Position numbers and translations under genes: made by a program
In this document: in pieces, positions 7,907 through 17,442 of the stretch
How the letters are laid out: the number at the start of each line of letters is the position of its first letter
Numbering within the stretch: the stretch's first letter is position 1
Origin: a virus
Taxonomy: Duplodnaviria > Caudoviricetes
IMG/VR virus record: IMGVR_UViG_3300048606_000018
Span: 1 to 49,450 of that record
Direction: 5' to 3' (one strand)
DNA length: 49,450 nucleotides
The notes under the pieces: model-generated
What the model saw: only the letters and a program-made list of their open reading frames with translations
Database searches by the model: none
What the model was told of the DNA's origin: nothing

Positions 7907-8852
7907 TCCCACCAAGGCGACCCTCTCGGCCACGCAGACGCCGGCGCTGTTCGGCGCCTCGCCGTACCTGACCCGCTGGATGCTGGCGCGGCATTTCATC
8001 CACGGCGACCCGATCGACAGCCCCGAGCACAACCGCATGAACTGGGGCACGAAGATGCAGCCGATCCTGCTCGCCCAGGCCGCCGAGGACTTGCGCCTCG
8101 AGGTCCGGCCGAACGCCGGCGACGACTACGTGCGCCACGGGCTGCTCGGCTGCACGCGCGACGCCGACATCATCTGCCCTGACCGCGGGCCCGGCGCGCT
8201 GGAGACCAAGTGCTGCTTCGACTACGGCACATGGATGGAGACGTGGAACGGCGGCAAGTCGCTGCCGAAGCACATCGAGATCCAGACCCAGCAGCAGATG
8301 ATGGTCGGGGATGGGACAAAACCGTTCGCATGGGGCGTCATCGCGGTCTGGGTCTGCGGCGAGATGAAGTATTTCGAGCGCAAGCCGATCCCCGACCTTT
8401 GGTATGCGATCAACATCGAGGCGCAGAAGTTTTTCGACGACGTGGCCGCGAAGCGCGAGGGCGAGCCATTCGGCGAGACGATCGAGATGCCGCTGCTGGC
8501 GCAAATCTTCAAGCCGGTGGTCGGCAAGGTGCTCGACCTGACGACGCACCCGCGCGCCGAGGAGCTCGCCAATCAGGCGCAGCTGATGAACTACCACGCC
8601 GCCGAGGCGAGCGCGCACGAGAAGGCCGCGAAGGCATCCAAGGCGCTGTTCAAGGCCGTGATCGAGGACGCCGAGGAGGCAATCCTCCCGCACGGCATCA
8701 AGCTCACCGCGACGCAGCAGAGCCGCGCCGGCCACGCCGTCAAGCCGAGCACGTTCACAACGATCAAGGCCTATGTGCCGAAGGATTTGCCGGCGCCGAT
8801 TGAGCCAACGTCGAAGCACGAGACCATGCTCACAGACCTTGCAGGTGGATGA
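7899..8852 (+). CDS. YqaJ/lambda-exonuclease-like recombination nuclease
   Basis: LSATQTPALFGASPY, MNWGTKMQP, CTRDA, LETKC, QTQQQM motifs; near RecT. Confidence 0.85.
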   Translation: MPDPTKATLSATQTPALFGASPYLTRWMLARHFIHGDPIDSPEHNRMNWGTKMQPILLAQAAEDLRLEVRPNAGDDYVRHGLLGCTRDADIICPDRGPGALETKCCFDYGTWMETWNGGKSLPKHIEIQTQQQMMVGDGTKPFAWGVIAVWVCGEMKYFERKPIPDLWYAINIEAQKFFDDVAAKREGEPFGETIEMPLLAQIFKPVVGKVLDLTTHPRAEELANQAQLMNYHAAEASAHEKAAKASKALFKAVIEDAEEAILPHGIKLTATQQSRAGHAVKPSTFTTIKAYVPKDLPAPIEPTSKHETMLTDLAGG

Positions 8853-9247
8853 TGGACAAGCACGACGGATATTCGCTTGAGCAGGACCTGGAACCGATCA
8901 TCAATGGCAAAGTGCCGTTGCCGAACGCTGAGCCGATCGAGACCGACGTCGGCGCGGCGATCCTCCACTATCGCGAGATGCATTGCGGCACCGCAATTCT
9001 CCCCAGCGGCGACAAGGCATGGCACGCGCGTTTCTTCTTCGACTACGGCCAGGGCGGCAGCTGTCACGGCTCTGGAATCGTCGCTTGGACGAAATGGAAG
9101 GACGGCGCCTATCGCGCGGTCGCGATGAGGTTCGCGATTTGCCAGCACACCAAAGTCGACGGGCCCGGCGCCAATCACTCGCGCGGATGGCATCCGGGTG
9201 CGTGCTCCAAGTGCGGCCTCGACATGACCGTCGACAGCGGAGACTGA
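8849..9247 (+). CDS. Hypothetical protein with a C-terminal Cys/His motif
   Basis: CQH...GWHPGACSKCG..VDSGD; coupled to neighbouring genes. Confidence 0.7.
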   Translation: MMDKHDGYSLEQDLEPIINGKVPLPNAEPIETDVGAAILHYREMHCGTAILPSGDKAWHARFFFDYGQGGSCHGSGIVAWTKWKDGAYRAVAMRFAICQHTKVDGPGANHSRGWHPGACSKCGLDMTVDSGD

Positions 9248-9248
9248 A

Positions 9249-10175
9249 ATGAACGCCCTCGTCGCATTTGAGAACCAGCTTCGCCCGCTCGCACCGCATT
9301 TCTCCCAGGTGCTGCCGGCCTCCCTCCCCGCCGAGCGCCTGATGCGCACCGTGATGGTGTCGGTCGAGCGCTTGCCGGCGCTGCTCGAGTGCGATCGGCA
9401 GTCGCTGTTCAACGCCGCCATGTCCGCGGCGATCCTCGGCCTCGAGGTTGACGGCGTGACGGGGCAAGCGTTCCTCATTCCGTTTGCCAAGCGCGCGCAG
9501 CTCGTCGTCGGCTACAAGGGCTACAACACGCTTGGCGCGCGCGCGGGCCTGACCATCACTGGGTCGACCGTTCGCGAAGGCGACGAGTTCGACTACGAGA
9601 AGGGCACGAACGCCTTCGTGCGGCACAAGCCGCTGCTGAACAACAAGGGTCGCATCGTCGCGGCGTGGGCCTGCGCCACCGCGCTCAACCGCCCGCCGGT
9701 GGTCGAGGTGCTGAGCATCGACGATCTGCTGGCCGTCAAGGCGAAGTCGCCGGGCGCGAAGCGCAGCGACAGCCCGTGGAACGACACGGCGATCGGTTTC
9801 CCCGCGATGTGCGAGAAGACTGCGAAGCGGCGCCTCGCGCGATCGCTTCCGCTCAACGTGATGCAGCTCGCCGCGCGCATGGACGAGGCGGTCGACGAGG
9901 AAGGCAAGCCCGCGTGGATCGGGCGCGACGGCCTGGTGATCGAAGGCAAGGCCGAGGCGCTCGCCGACATGCAGGCGACCGACACGCCGAGCGCGCAGGA
10001 TCTGATCGGCGGTGGTCTCTCGCTCGAGGATATGGCGCGAGCCGCTGCGCTCCGCGGCGAGGACGTGCTCAAGACTTTCTTCAAAGGCCGCACCAAGGCC
10101 GAGCAGGAACGGCTCCGACCGATGGAGGCCGAGTTGATCGCGTTGTATCCAAAAACCGAGGAGGTGGATCCGTGA
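9249..10175 (+). CDS. recT: RecT-family single-strand annealing protein
   Basis: ERLMR..LLECDRQSLFNAAMSAAILGLE..GQAFLIPF..VGYKG..SPW..MCEKTAKRRLAR. Confidence 0.92.
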   Translation: MNALVAFENQLRPLAPHFSQVLPASLPAERLMRTVMVSVERLPALLECDRQSLFNAAMSAAILGLEVDGVTGQAFLIPFAKRAQLVVGYKGYNTLGARAGLTITGSTVREGDEFDYEKGTNAFVRHKPLLNNKGRIVAAWACATALNRPPVVEVLSIDDLLAVKAKSPGAKRSDSPWNDTAIGFPAMCEKTAKRRLARSLPLNVMQLAARMDEAVDEEGKPAWIGRDGLVIEGKAEALADMQATDTPSAQDLIGGGLSLEDMARAAALRGEDVLKTFFKGRTKAEQERLRPMEAELIALYPKTEEVDP

Positions 10176-10627
10176 ACGACATCACCAAATTTCCGCAGCG
10201 TCCCACTCAGCGCAAGGAGCCTCCGCGCCCTCACCACCCGGATGTTCTGAACTTCATGGAGCGCGTTCGGGACAGAGAGATCCAGTGTGATGAACTCGCG
10301 GACGAGAACGCACGGCTGATGGCGGAACTGCACGCGAGCCGGCAAACCGTCATCGACCAGGCGCAGACCATCCGTGAACTGACGGCGCAGCGCGACCGCG
10401 AGACGCGCAAGTCCGTGGCGCTTGAGGCCCACATCGAAGGCATCGCCACCGCATGCCACGCCGCCCTCAAGTCCGCGATCAAGTCCGAGCAGGATCACAA
10501 GGAATCGATCCGCCTCAACGAGGAGACGCAGGCCGAGCGCGAGGAGCGCGCCGCGCAGCACATGCGTGACACGTTCGGCGGAAAGTTCGGCAAGCATCTG
10601 ATCGAGGATGCACCTGCGTCTGGTTGA
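10172..10627 (+). CDS. Coiled-coil hypothetical protein
   Basis: GTG start with GGAGG RBS; heptad-rich. Confidence 0.65.
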   Translation: MNDITKFPQRPTQRKEPPRPHHPDVLNFMERVRDREIQCDELADENARLMAELHASRQTVIDQAQTIRELTAQRDRETRKSVALEAHIEGIATACHAALKSAIKSEQDHKESIRLNEETQAEREERAAQHMRDTFGGKFGKHLIEDAPASG

Positions 10628-10662
10628 AAACGGCTGCACACTTGATTGAGGAATGAATTCAA

Positions 10663-10947
10663 ATGGATATAGCCACTGAGCTTAAGCGTGGGGTTGGCAA
10701 CGGGAGCCCACAGGGAGTGCGCGAGGCTGAGAAACTAATGGACAAGGCCGCCGACGAGATCGAGCGGCTCAACTCCCAGAACGCGCAACTGCGCGACGCG
10801 CTGGAAATCTCCACCTCCATGATGGAGGCAATGATGGTCCAGCTCTACTCCTGGGAGCATGAGCCGACCGTCAATGTTCGCGGGCGCATGGCCTCGAACA
10901 GGGTACTCCTCAATCCACCTTCATTCTCCAAAGGCGAACGCTCGTGA
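10663..10947 (+). CDS. Hypothetical protein
   Basis: AADEIERL motif common in phage early proteins; GAGG RBS. Confidence 0.65.
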   Translation: MDIATELKRGVGNGSPQGVREAEKLMDKAADEIERLNSQNAQLRDALEISTSMMEAMMVQLYSWEHEPTVNVRGRMASNRVLLNPPSFSKGERS

Positions 10948-11183
10948 ACGATCGTTCTGCAGGTGAGGCTCATGAGCCGTCCACGCACGCGGCTGAACCT
11001 ACTTCTAGAGCCTCCGCAAGTCGCCGTGGCGAGCCTGCGCCAACGATCGAGCAGTTGCAGGCTGCGCTTGCAGAAGCCGTCACAATCGCGATCGGGTCCG
11101 GCGCCGATTTTCCGTGGGATGTACGAGAGCGCCTGGGGGAACTGAAAAATCTCTCTACACAGACAGCAGGGGAGCGCGGCTAG
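10944..11183 (+). CDS. Hypothetical protein
   Basis: GTGA overlap; in operon. Confidence 0.5.
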   Translation: MNDRSAGEAHEPSTHAAEPTSRASASRRGEPAPTIEQLQAALAEAVTIAIGSGADFPWDVRERLGELKNLSTQTAGERG

Positions 11184-11486
11184 ATGGCCGATCAGCGCAT
11201 CAAGGACCCGCTCTATCGCTGCCCGCACTGCGGAGAGCAGTCCGTCCGCGTGATCGACAGCCGGCCGCTGACTGCTGGCACTGAGCCGGTCGTGAGGCGC
11301 CGCCGGGTTTGCTCTGCCTGCAGCCACCGATGGTCAACCTACGAGATCACGGACGCGGCGTATGCCTCGATCTGCGAGACGGCGCGGCTCTTGAAGGAGC
11401 TGTTCCCGTATATGCCGCGCAAGGTGCTGGACGTGAACTGCGACGTTGCAAGACCGGCTCTACATGCTTCTGCGGAGCGCACATGA
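11184..11486 (+). CDS. NrdR-like zinc-ribbon protein lacking the ATP-cone
   Basis: RCPHCG..RVIDSR..VRRRRVCSACSHRWSTYE matches the NrdR N-terminal domain. Confidence 0.8.
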   Translation: MADQRIKDPLYRCPHCGEQSVRVIDSRPLTAGTEPVVRRRRVCSACSHRWSTYEITDAAYASICETARLLKELFPYMPRKVLDVNCDVARPALHASAERT

Positions 11487-11689
11487 ACGTCTGGGACTTT
11501 GCAAGCGAGCACTGGTTCGTCGCGATAATCCTGGCGATGATCATTGCGCACGTCATTGTGGCGCCGTTCCGCTACGCGTGGATGGCCTGGAACCGATACC
11601 TGCGCTCCAAGAACATCGTGGCGCGCGGCTGGCCGCCGGGCCATCTCGACGCCGATGGCGACTGGCCTCCAGCCCCAGAAAAAGAATGA
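11483..11689 (+). CDS. Small membrane protein
   Basis: One hydrophobic segment then GWPPGHLDADGD. Confidence 0.65.
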   Translation: MNVWDFASEHWFVAIILAMIIAHVIVAPFRYAWMAWNRYLRSKNIVARGWPPGHLDADGDWPPAPEKE

Positions 11690-11714
11690 TCGTACTCCAG
11701 ACCGCGGAATCCCC

Positions 11715-12104
11715 ATGAACGAACTCATCGAGAGGCTGGAGAAGGCGACTGGGCCGGATCGTGATCTGGACTACGACATCGCCAACCACATCAGCCTTGA
11801 CGCCGATACTGATGCGCCGCCGTACACCGGCTCCATCGACGCCGCGCTGACGCTATTGCCGCCCGGCTTCTGGTGGCGTGGCGGGACCTGTTGCGTGAGC
11901 TCCGAGGCCACGGTTTGCCCGGACCACAACGATCCAGAGCACCGTGAACGGCTGCTGGCCGAATGCCCCCCGGTCATCGAGCACTGGAATAGCGGCATCG
12001 AGGTTGAACTTCGTCCGGGGAGCCCCGGCGCGCTAGTCCGGGCTCTTGCAGCCGCATGCTTACGTGCGCGGGCTGCACTCCCCTCTACGGCGTCAACCCC
12101 GTGA
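11715..12104 (+). CDS. Hypothetical phage protein
   Basis: LIERLEKATGPDRDLD..PPYTGSIDAALTLLP pattern recurrent in alphaproteobacterial phages. Confidence 0.7.
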   Translation: MNELIERLEKATGPDRDLDYDIANHISLDADTDAPPYTGSIDAALTLLPPGFWWRGGTCCVSSEATVCPDHNDPEHRERLLAECPPVIEHWNSGIEVELRPGSPGALVRALAAACLRARAALPSTASTP

Positions 12105-12421
12105 GCGATACGGACGCCACAGACGACCGCGACACGCTCTGGATCACGGACGCAGAGATGATCCGGCGCATGGGCGTCCCTGAGAAGATCGCCCGCGACG
12201 CTCTGGCGATGCTCGATGCGAAGGCGAACAGCGGCTTCCCGAAGAAACAAAAGTTGTGGGGGGATAGACGGTATTGGCCCGCGGTGAAGGATTACTTCGA
12301 CGCGACCAATAAGCTAAATTATCGGCTCGACGCGGCTAGGTCGGCCACCGAAAACCGGGTACCGCACTCGGCTGCCGCGTCGCCACCCATGCGGAGATCC
12401 CAGCGGAGGGACATGCAATGA
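12101..12421 (+). CDS. Excisionase-like winged-helix protein
   Basis: GFPKKQKLWGDRRYWPAVKDYFD; immediately upstream of the integrase. Confidence 0.65.
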   Translation: MSDTDATDDRDTLWITDAEMIRRMGVPEKIARDALAMLDAKANSGFPKKQKLWGDRRYWPAVKDYFDATNKLNYRLDAARSATENRVPHSAAASPPMRRSQRRDMQ

Positions 12422-13629
12422 GCGATAGGACTCCACCTCGCATCGAAGACGCGCCCGGCCTCGTATGGCGAGCGCGCAGTAAGGATTGGGTAGCCACATG
12501 GCAAGCCCGAACCGACCTCGTCGAGCGAGGCTACACACCGAAGACCGCGCGTCTGTGGCGTGGTGAGGAATTGGATGAAGCAACCCGCGCCCACATCTCC
12601 GACCGATGCAATCGCCTGCAAACCGAGATGCTCATTTGGGGGCGCGGCGGCATCCCTACGATGGGAGACTTTGACGGCACGCTGCGCAGCCTGATCCGCT
12701 GCTACCAGTCAGACGAGGACTCGCCGTATCACAAGCTCAGGCATCAGACGCGCATTGGCTACCGCAATGATCTGCGGCGGCTCGATGAGTGGCACGGTGA
12801 CACGCTGATGTCGGACATCAAGGCGCGCATGTTGCTCGCCTGGCACGCCAAATGGATGGGCGGCACCAAGGTCCATATGGCTCACGGCCTGATGGGCAAA
12901 TTGCGCACTGTGATCGGTTTCGGCGTCACCTTCCTTGAAGACGACCAGTGCGAACGCCTCGCCGTCATCCTGCACAACATGCGATTTGAGGCAGGCAAGG
13001 GCCGCGAGCAGCACCTGACCGCTGAACATGCCATCGCCATCAGGAAGGCTGCACACGAACGCGGCCTGCCATCGATCGCGCTGGCGCAAGCATTCCAGTT
13101 CGAATGCACGCTGCGGCAGAAGGATGTGATTGGGGAATGGGTTCCCATGGAGGAGCCCGGCATGAGCGACGAAATATTCGAGAATAAGAAGTGGCTCCGT
13201 GGCCTGCGCTGGTCCTCGATCGACAAGGACTTCATCCTGCGCCACACCACGTCGAAACGGCAGAAAGACCTCACGGTTGACCTGAAACTCGCGCCGATGG
13301 TCATGGAGGAGTTGAAGGACCTAATCGGCATCCCCGATCGCGGCCCGGTCATCATCTACGAAGGCACCTCACGCCCATACCGAGCGCCTAGGTTCCGCAC
13401 CCTTTGGCGGGAGATTGCCAAGGCGGCCAAGGTGCCAGCGGCGGTCTACAACATGGATACCCGTGCAGGGGCGATCAGCGAGGCGACCGACGCCGGGGCA
13501 TCGCTTGAGGACGTGCGGCACGCCGCGACCCACAGCAACATCAAGACGACCCAGGGCTACAGCCGGGGCTCGACTGAGAAGGTCGCCAAGGTGATGCAAA
13601 TCCGAACGGCGAGCCGGAACAAGAAGTGA
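12418..13629 (+). CDS. int: Tyrosine integrase
   Basis: LRQKD (catalytic R), MDTR (variant HxxR box), ATHSN (H), TTQGYSR (Y); 403 aa. Confidence 0.88.
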   Translation: MSDRTPPRIEDAPGLVWRARSKDWVATWQARTDLVERGYTPKTARLWRGEELDEATRAHISDRCNRLQTEMLIWGRGGIPTMGDFDGTLRSLIRCYQSDEDSPYHKLRHQTRIGYRNDLRRLDEWHGDTLMSDIKARMLLAWHAKWMGGTKVHMAHGLMGKLRTVIGFGVTFLEDDQCERLAVILHNMRFEAGKGREQHLTAEHAIAIRKAAHERGLPSIALAQAFQFECTLRQKDVIGEWVPMEEPGMSDEIFENKKWLRGLRWSSIDKDFILRHTTSKRQKDLTVDLKLAPMVMEELKDLIGIPDRGPVIIYEGTSRPYRAPRFRTLWREIAKAAKVPAAVYNMDTRAGAISEATDAGASLEDVRHAATHSNIKTTQGYSRGSTEKVAKVMQIRTASRNKK

Positions 13630-13660
13630 ACCTTGCGTGTGAGAACGTAGAGCGAAAGTG

Positions 13661-13768
13661 GTGACTGACAGTCACTGACGGGATCAAGGTTTTTCAATAG
13701 CTTACGACCCCTGTTTGCTGATAGGCAGGCAGCATTACCCCCTTGATCTAATTAGAGACTGTCAGTCA
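13661..13768. other. Putative attP
   Basis: Non-coding after int; inverted arms TGACTGACAGTC-N8-GATCAAGG / CCTTGATC-N8-GACTGTCAGTCA; IHF-like TTTCAATAGCTTA. Confidence 0.7.
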
Positions 13769-13807
13769 TCGGCTCCGCGAATTGCCGCCTCGTGCGGCGT
13801 GGAGAAG

Positions 13808-14098
13808 ATGATGCAAACGTTCGTTGACCAGACCATGGCCGAGATGCGCGCCAGCGGCGTAGAGATCGGCGGCAAGATCACGCCCTGGATCATGCGCGAG
13901 CACATCGACGGGCCGCTCCTTCATTTCAGCGATGCGCAGTTGCACTGGCTCACCCTGTGGGAGCGCTTCCTGCTGTGGCGCCGATGGACCGACGCCGAGC
14001 GCCTGCAACGGAAGCTGCGACCGAGGCTCACCGCTGAGCAGGATCAGTTAAAGCGGCTGGCCGAGCTCGGGGCCAAACGCGGCTGGCGCAGCCAGTAA
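13808..14098 (+). CDS. Hypothetical protein
   Basis: GGAG RBS before ATG. Confidence 0.6.
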   Translation: MMQTFVDQTMAEMRASGVEIGGKITPWIMREHIDGPLLHFSDAQLHWLTLWERFLLWRRWTDAERLQRKLRPRLTAEQDQLKRLAELGAKRGWRSQ

Positions 14099-14133
14099 TC
14101 CTCAGTAGTCAGTGAAGCCGTTTGGAGAAACCG

Positions 14134-14283
14134 ATGCCGAAACCCCTGCAAGATCTGATCGAGGCATTTGAGGGCGGCGACATGGGCGACGTTGAATTTC
14201 TCGAACTCGCGCTAGAGGCAGGAATGGACCTGCCGGAAATCGGGGCAATATTGGAAGAGAACAGGGGCGAATGGGACGCATAG
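14134..14283 (+). CDS. Small acidic protein (49 aa)
   Basis: Manual translation MPKPLQDLIEAFEGGDMGDVEFLELALEAG...; GGAG RBS. Confidence 0.55.
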   Translation: MPKPLQDLIEAFEGGDMGDVEFLELALEAGMDLPEIGAILEENRGEWDA

Positions 14284-15170
14284 AAACCATAGGCAGCGCC
14301 ACGCTCTACCTCGGGGATTGCCGTGAAATCATCCCGACGATTGAGGGGGTCGATGCAGTGGTTACGGACCCGCCCTATGGGATCACTCAAAACCCATGGG
14401 ACTGCGCTGTCCCGCTTGCCGAGCTATGGCCGCTGATCTGGAAATGCACGAAGGACACCGCCGCGGTTGTGATGTCGGCGGCGCAGCCATTTACTGCCAC
14501 GTTGGTAGCGTCACAATTGCAAGAATTCAGATATTGTTGGATTTGGCAAAAAAGCCGCCCCACGGGCCACATGAACGCGAAGAAACGGCCCCTCCGCGAG
14601 CACGAAGATATCTGCGTATTCTACCGTCGCCAGCCAACTTATAACCCGCAATTTACACAGGGGGCGCCCAATCACGTTTCTCCTGGCCCAAAAAGAAATT
14701 CGCCATCTAACAACTATGGCAATCAATACGGTTATGTAGGGCAGCGGACGGATAGAAAATACCCGAAGACAATTCTTCCGTTTGATATCGTATCGGCTAC
14801 GCATGTTGCCCATCCGACGCAAAAACCAATCGCCCTGATGAGCTATATGATCCGAACATATTCGGATCAGCATGAATTGGTTCTGGACCCATTTATGGGG
14901 TCCGGGACGACAGGAGTGGCCGCCGTGAAACTCGGTCGTCGCTTCACCGGCGTCGAAATCGATCCTAATTATTTTGCAATCGCGTGCCGGCGAATCCAGG
15001 CCGCGGTCGATGCGCCGGACCTATTCGTCGAACCGCCGGCCCCGGCAACACAAATGACATGGGACAATATGCGGACGAAGCCATTCGACTTCTCGACACA
15101 AACGAGGCAACTCCATGAAATACGAGATGCGCCGCCCGACGACGGAAGCCGAGGCGATCGAGATCATTGA
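14271..15170 (+). CDS. N6A/N4C DNA methyltransferase (beta class)
   Basis: TDPPY catalytic motif, HPTQKP, DPFMGSGTTG SAM-binding motif. Confidence 0.93.
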   Translation: MGRIETIGSATLYLGDCREIIPTIEGVDAVVTDPPYGITQNPWDCAVPLAELWPLIWKCTKDTAAVVMSAAQPFTATLVASQLQEFRYCWIWQKSRPTGHMNAKKRPLREHEDICVFYRRQPTYNPQFTQGAPNHVSPGPKRNSPSNNYGNQYGYVGQRTDRKYPKTILPFDIVSATHVAHPTQKPIALMSYMIRTYSDQHELVLDPFMGSGTTGVAAVKLGRRFTGVEIDPNYFAIACRRIQAAVDAPDLFVEPPAPATQMTWDNMRTKPFDFSTQTRQLHEIRDAPPDDGSRGDRDH

Positions 15171-15351
15171 AGCCGCCATGTATGTAATGTGGGGCCAGAT
15201 CGAATACGAGCGCGGCAGCAGACGGCGATCGTGGAACGGGGCCTTTGTCGACCACTGCAAGAATGAGATGACCCACGCGCTGGCGTGGCTTGCCGATCGC
15301 TATCCCAGGCCGATGAGTCCGGTCGAGGAAAAAACAAACGAAGTTCACTGA
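15115..15351 (+). CDS. Hypothetical protein
   Basis: GAGG RBS; in operon. Confidence 0.55.
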   Translation: MKYEMRRPTTEAEAIEIIEAAMYVMWGQIEYERGSRRRSWNGAFVDHCKNEMTHALAWLADRYPRPMSPVEEKTNEVH

Positions 15352-15461
15352 CATCACACAAACGAGGCTGTTCATGGATTGGATAATCACCATCGCAACC
15401 GTTTTACCGACCCTGATCCTCGGCTGCTGGGAACTATTCGGCTTATCGAAAGGCGAACGTC

Positions 15462-16244
15462 GTGACTGTCTCTAGCCCACTTAGATTCGTCGTTCGCGCC
15501 AGTTACGGCAACGACAGCGTCGCCCTCATCCAGTGGGCACGCGAAGCTGGCCTAGATGGGGTGACGGTCCTCTATTCCGACACCGGATGGGCTCGGCAGG
15601 CGTGGGCCGAACGTGTCGAGGTGATGGAAGGGTGGGTCAATCTGATCGTTGGGTTTCACGCCGACCGCACGACATCCATCGGCATGGAAGCGCTGGTGCG
15701 CAGCAAGAAGATGTGGCCACAGCGGCTCATGCAATTCTGCACCAAGGAATTGAAGATCAAGCCGACAATAGAGTGGTTGGCAAAGAACGACCCGGACGGC
15801 CGGGCGATAATCATGACCGGCGTCCGTCGTGAGGAAAGCAGCCACCGCGCCGCCCATCCAGCGTTCATCCTCAATAGCGCGAACGACGGGGGCCGGTGCG
15901 TCGTCGCCCCGCTCGCCGAAATGACCGAGGATGATCGCAACGTCCTGATACGCCGTGCCGGCTTTGAGCCGCTGCCGCACCGCTCCGAGGAATGCAAGTG
16001 CATCAACTCGGGTCGGGCTGACATCTCCCGCTGGGACGAGCACGACATAGCCGAGATCAAGAGGATCGAGGACGACCTCGGCTACAGCTCCAAGGGTAAG
16101 CCTTGCACGATGTTCCGACCGAACAAGTTCATGGGCGCGACCGGCATTGAGGAAATCGTGAAGTGGGCCAACTCCCCAAGGGGCAAGTATGAACCGCCAA
16201 ACGAGGCAGGCGAGCCGTGCGATCTGGCGTGGTGCGACCGATAG
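15462..16244 (+). CDS. PAPS-reductase-family (PP-loop) protein
   Basis: SYGNDSVAL, SDTGW, FCTKELKIKP, GVRREESSHRA, C-terminal Cys motifs. Confidence 0.85.
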   Translation: MTVSSPLRFVVRASYGNDSVALIQWAREAGLDGVTVLYSDTGWARQAWAERVEVMEGWVNLIVGFHADRTTSIGMEALVRSKKMWPQRLMQFCTKELKIKPTIEWLAKNDPDGRAIIMTGVRREESSHRAAHPAFILNSANDGGRCVVAPLAEMTEDDRNVLIRRAGFEPLPHRSEECKCINSGRADISRWDEHDIAEIKRIEDDLGYSSKGKPCTMFRPNKFMGATGIEEIVKWANSPRGKYEPPNEAGEPCDLAWCDR

Positions 16245-16289
16245 CGAAAACGCCTTCGGTGATCTCAAATCGTAGAAGGAGACACGACT

Positions 16290-16490
16290 ATGGACGGACT
16301 GCTCATGAAATACTTCGTGCTCAAGCCGAAGGGGAACGACATCTTCGCCAAGGCATCCCGCATGGCGATGCGAAAATATGCCGAGGTCATCAAGGACGAA
16401 AACCCTCAATTCTCGGCAGAACTGCGTGAATGGGCAGACCAAGCAAACGCCGAGGCTTATGCGGCTTCAATCGAAAAGGACCCGCAGTGA
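16290..16490 (+). CDS. Hypothetical protein
   Basis: AGGAG RBS; KYFVLKP. Confidence 0.65.
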   Translation: MDGLLMKYFVLKPKGNDIFAKASRMAMRKYAEVIKDENPQFSAELREWADQANAEAYAASIEKDPQ

Positions 16491-16732
16491 CGATGACTGA
16501 GCGAGAGCAATATCGAGACGCGCCAGAGACGATTCACGTTCACGGCGTTTGGTACGACCGACGCGATACCGTCGACGCCCTCTCCGCGCTCCTGGTTGAG
16601 GCGCGCGGAAAGATAGAGACGTACAAAAGTGTCATACGAGAATTCCGGCTGAAGGAACTTGCGGATCATCCGACGCCCCCGCCGGCAATCGCCGGCAGTG
16701 ACGGTGAGGCAACGAAGGAGGTTGAAAGATGA
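16487..16732 (+). CDS. Hypothetical protein
   Basis: GTGA overlap; APETI motif. Confidence 0.5.
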   Translation: MTMTEREQYRDAPETIHVHGVWYDRRDTVDALSALLVEARGKIETYKSVIREFRLKELADHPTPPPAIAGSDGEATKEVER

Positions 16733-16902
16733 CGACGCGACCGCAGCAAGAGGTTGAGGCTGAGAATATCGCGTTACACGAGGCGGTTTCCGCATATCTC
16801 AGCGAGATCGATAACCCCGTGCCGGATGCCATCTACCGCAAGACGTTGCGCGATCGGCTGCGCAAGCTGGTGGGCGCCCCCGATCAACCGCACCGCCGCT
16901 GA
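16729..16902 (+). CDS. Hypothetical protein (57 aa)
   Basis: Manual translation MTTRPQQEVEAENIALHEAVSAYL...; GGAGG RBS, ATGA overlap. Confidence 0.55.
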   Translation: MTTRPQQEVEAENIALHEAVSAYLSEIDNPVPDAIYRKTLRDRLRKLVGAPDQPHRR

Positions 16903-16912
16903 TACCTGAGAG

Positions 16913-17107
16913 ATGCACATGGCCGACGATAACGACGCGCAGTTGGAGAGATTTTACCGAGTAACTTGGATGTGCTCTGGGTGCGGCGCTCGCCATCCGG
17001 TGAGCGTCTCGGTCTGCGAGCCGTGCATGGACCTAAAGACACGCCTAGCCGATGGGTGGAAGCGAGACGCTCTTGAGCAGGCAATAGATGGAGGTCGAGT
17101 TGATTAG
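16913..17107 (+). CDS. Small zinc-ribbon protein
   Basis: WMCSGCG...CEPC. Confidence 0.55.
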   Translation: MHMADDNDAQLERFYRVTWMCSGCGARHPVSVSVCEPCMDLKTRLADGWKRDALEQAIDGGRVD

Positions 17108-17240
17108 ATTCAGACACGGATACCGGGGCCACGGGAACCAGCTTCCGATTTGGCCGCTCTACATGATCTTGGGCGTCGCGATCCTCGGCCTTGCCGCAGC
17201 AATCGCGCATCATTTCTGAGCAGGGAACGAAGGAGGGGCA

Positions 17241-17426
17241 ATGAACAAGCAACTTTTGAAAATCACCCATTCCAATCTAATGGGGTGGCTCACAAAATGT
17301 CGGGAGGAAACCGTATCGCCCGACAAGAAGCTCGAAATCATAATGATGAGCTTGGCGGATATCTGCGTGGCGATGGCGACTGACGGCACGCAAGAGAGCA
17401 TCGACAAATTTTACGAAGACTCATAA
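17241..17426 (+). CDS. Hypothetical protein
   Basis: AGGAGG RBS. Confidence 0.6.
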   Translation: MNKQLLKITHSNLMGWLTKCREETVSPDKKLEIIMMSLADICVAMATDGTQESIDKFYEDS

Positions 17427-17442
17427 GCGAAAGGTCAACACG

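Noticed and set aside
13690-13740. tRNA or tmRNA fragment in the att core
   Set aside because: No T-arm/CCA pattern recognised; no tRNA, rRNA or CRISPR array seen anywhere in the window
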